A stretch of 64,000 bases of DNA from an uncultured Candidatus Saccharibacteria bacterium (GTDB lineage Bacteria > Patescibacteriota > Saccharimonadia > CAILAD01 > GCA-016700035). The stretch lies in contig CAZYFT010000001.1 of NCBI GenBank assembly GCA_964646575.1, forward strand, positions 8,118 through 72,117, written 5' to 3'. Below the pieces are notes generated by a model. That model did no database searches. It was not told the DNA's origin and saw only the letters and a list, made by a program, of their open reading frames with translations. The position numbers and the translations under genes were made by a program. Positions 63,435 to 64,000 of the stretch are shown one piece after another; within the stretch, counting starts at the first letter, position 1, and every line of letters begins with the position of its first letter.

Positions 63435-64000
63435 AAAACTTACTCATAATCCCGAGCAAGATGCTGGTAGTAAACATGAAAAGCCAGAGCTTAAGGTGGA
63501 GGCCACGCAGCAGAATGTAGAAAAAGCTCATGAAAAGCCAGAAAATCGACAGGAAAAAGAGAAGTCTGTCGAGAAGAGCCGAGAGAAACTAGAGAAAGCT
63601 CTAGATAAAGAAGCTGAGAAGGCTCGTGAGAAACAGCCTAAGCCACAGGAGGCCCGTGAGCCACAAACGATAACGCGCGCTAAGCGTGATGCGGCCTTTA
63701 ATTCAACTATGAAAACAGTGCGGACACAGCTTTCTCCGGTGCAGCGAGGGTTTTCTAAATTTGTGCATGCTAAACCAGTTGAGGTTGTGAGCGAGCTTTT
63801 AGAGGAAACAATCTTTCGGCCGAGTTTTCTGTGGGGCGGTGTAATTGGCGGCCTAATTTTAGGCGCTAGCTTGTATCTATTCGCTCGAGCGCAAGGTTTT
63901 CGTCTCTCGGGTTCGGAGTTTATCGTTGGCATGTTTATTGGTGGAGTAATTGGGATAATTTTTGAAAAGCTATTTGGACGGAAGAAGTCAGCCAAAAACC
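63427..64000 (+). CDS. Partial CDS running off the window end. Lys/Glu-rich N-terminus with C-terminal TM helices. Overlaps the upstream stop by 8 nt.
   Basis: Open frame from the ATG at 63427 with no stop before 64000. Translation: MAEKLTHNPEQ...FLWGGVIGGLILGASLYLF...IVGMFIGGVIGIIFEKLF. It is not in the ORF track because it lacks a stop. Confidence 0.4.
   Translation, partial: MAEKLTHNPEQDAGSKHEKPELKVEATQQNVEKAHEKPENRQEKEKSVEKSREKLEKALDKEAEKAREKQPKPQEAREPQTITRAKRDAAFNSTMKTVRTQLSPVQRGFSKFVHAKPVEVVSELLEETIFRPSFLWGGVIGGLILGASLYLFARAQGFRLSGSEFIVGMFIGGVIGIIFEKLFGRKKSAKN

Noticed and set aside
63528-63995. 155-aa minus-strand ORF at the window end.
   Set aside because: It is antisense to a better-supported plus-strand partial CDS (63427 onward). 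That CDS has a plausible start overlapping the upstream stop and TM helices. The minus ORF translation is low-complexity (Ser/Arg/Phe-rich).

Overview
The window is a gene-dense (about 90% coding), mostly housekeeping chromosomal segment. I infer it comes from a reduced-genome bacterium with a Gram-positive-type envelope, most consistent with a Candidate Phyla Radiation / Saccharibacteria-like lineage. The supporting clues are envelope genes (MurT/GatD lipid II amidation, an L,D-transpeptidase, an LPXTG-type sorting signal, several glycosyltransferase clusters, class I aldolase) and many 4-nt start/stop overlaps.

Genes I can recognise:
- A two-component module (sensor-like membrane protein, histidine kinase, single-domain receiver).
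- A divergent DNA-damage-tolerance pair: a small protein plus a Y-family polymerase on one strand, and an SRAP/YedK peptidase on the other.
- tRNA-Val(GAC), with scrambled fragments of the same tRNA just upstream.
- thrS, miaA, murT-gatD, an AI-2E transporter, rpmB, an M50 protease, tRNA-Pro(GGG), a HIT protein, uppP, RNase H, and RNase P RNA.
- A polyprenyl-phosphate sugar transferase + GT4 + DUF4012 cluster.
- The infC-rpmI-rplT operon with bactofilin and DUF4446 upstream.
- comM/yifB and a GalT-like gene.
- An MGDG-synthase-like GT28 with two GT4 genes.
- tmRNA (ssrA).
- A histidine phosphatase.
- A small accessory islet with two paralogous small proteins, a zinc-ribbon protein and an HTH-Nudix protein.
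- A secreted S8 subtilase divergent from a ~1500-aa DUF2341/FN3-repeat surface protein that is translationally coupled to a MacB-type ABC transporter.
- Class I fba, smpB, argS, a UvrD-family helicase-nuclease tightly linked to a DUF45-like metallohydrolase and rmuC, trpS, and pheS-pheT.
- An L,D-transpeptidase.
- A terminal cluster encoding a membrane-anchored T4SS-type (VirB4/VirD4-like) P-loop ATPase and an LPXTG-anchored PKD-domain surface protein.

The most unusual observations:
- PheT carries a roughly 160-aa NlpC/P60 (CHAP-like) cysteine-peptidase domain inserted inside its B5 domain.
- An ~840-nt ORF-free, structured region follows trpS, with a near-consensus promoter and two intrinsic terminators.
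- A GAAC-N7-GAAC direct repeat sits in the shared promoter of the Y-polymerase/SRAP divergon.

All calls come from reading the translations and the nucleotide sequence by eye; no database searches were run.
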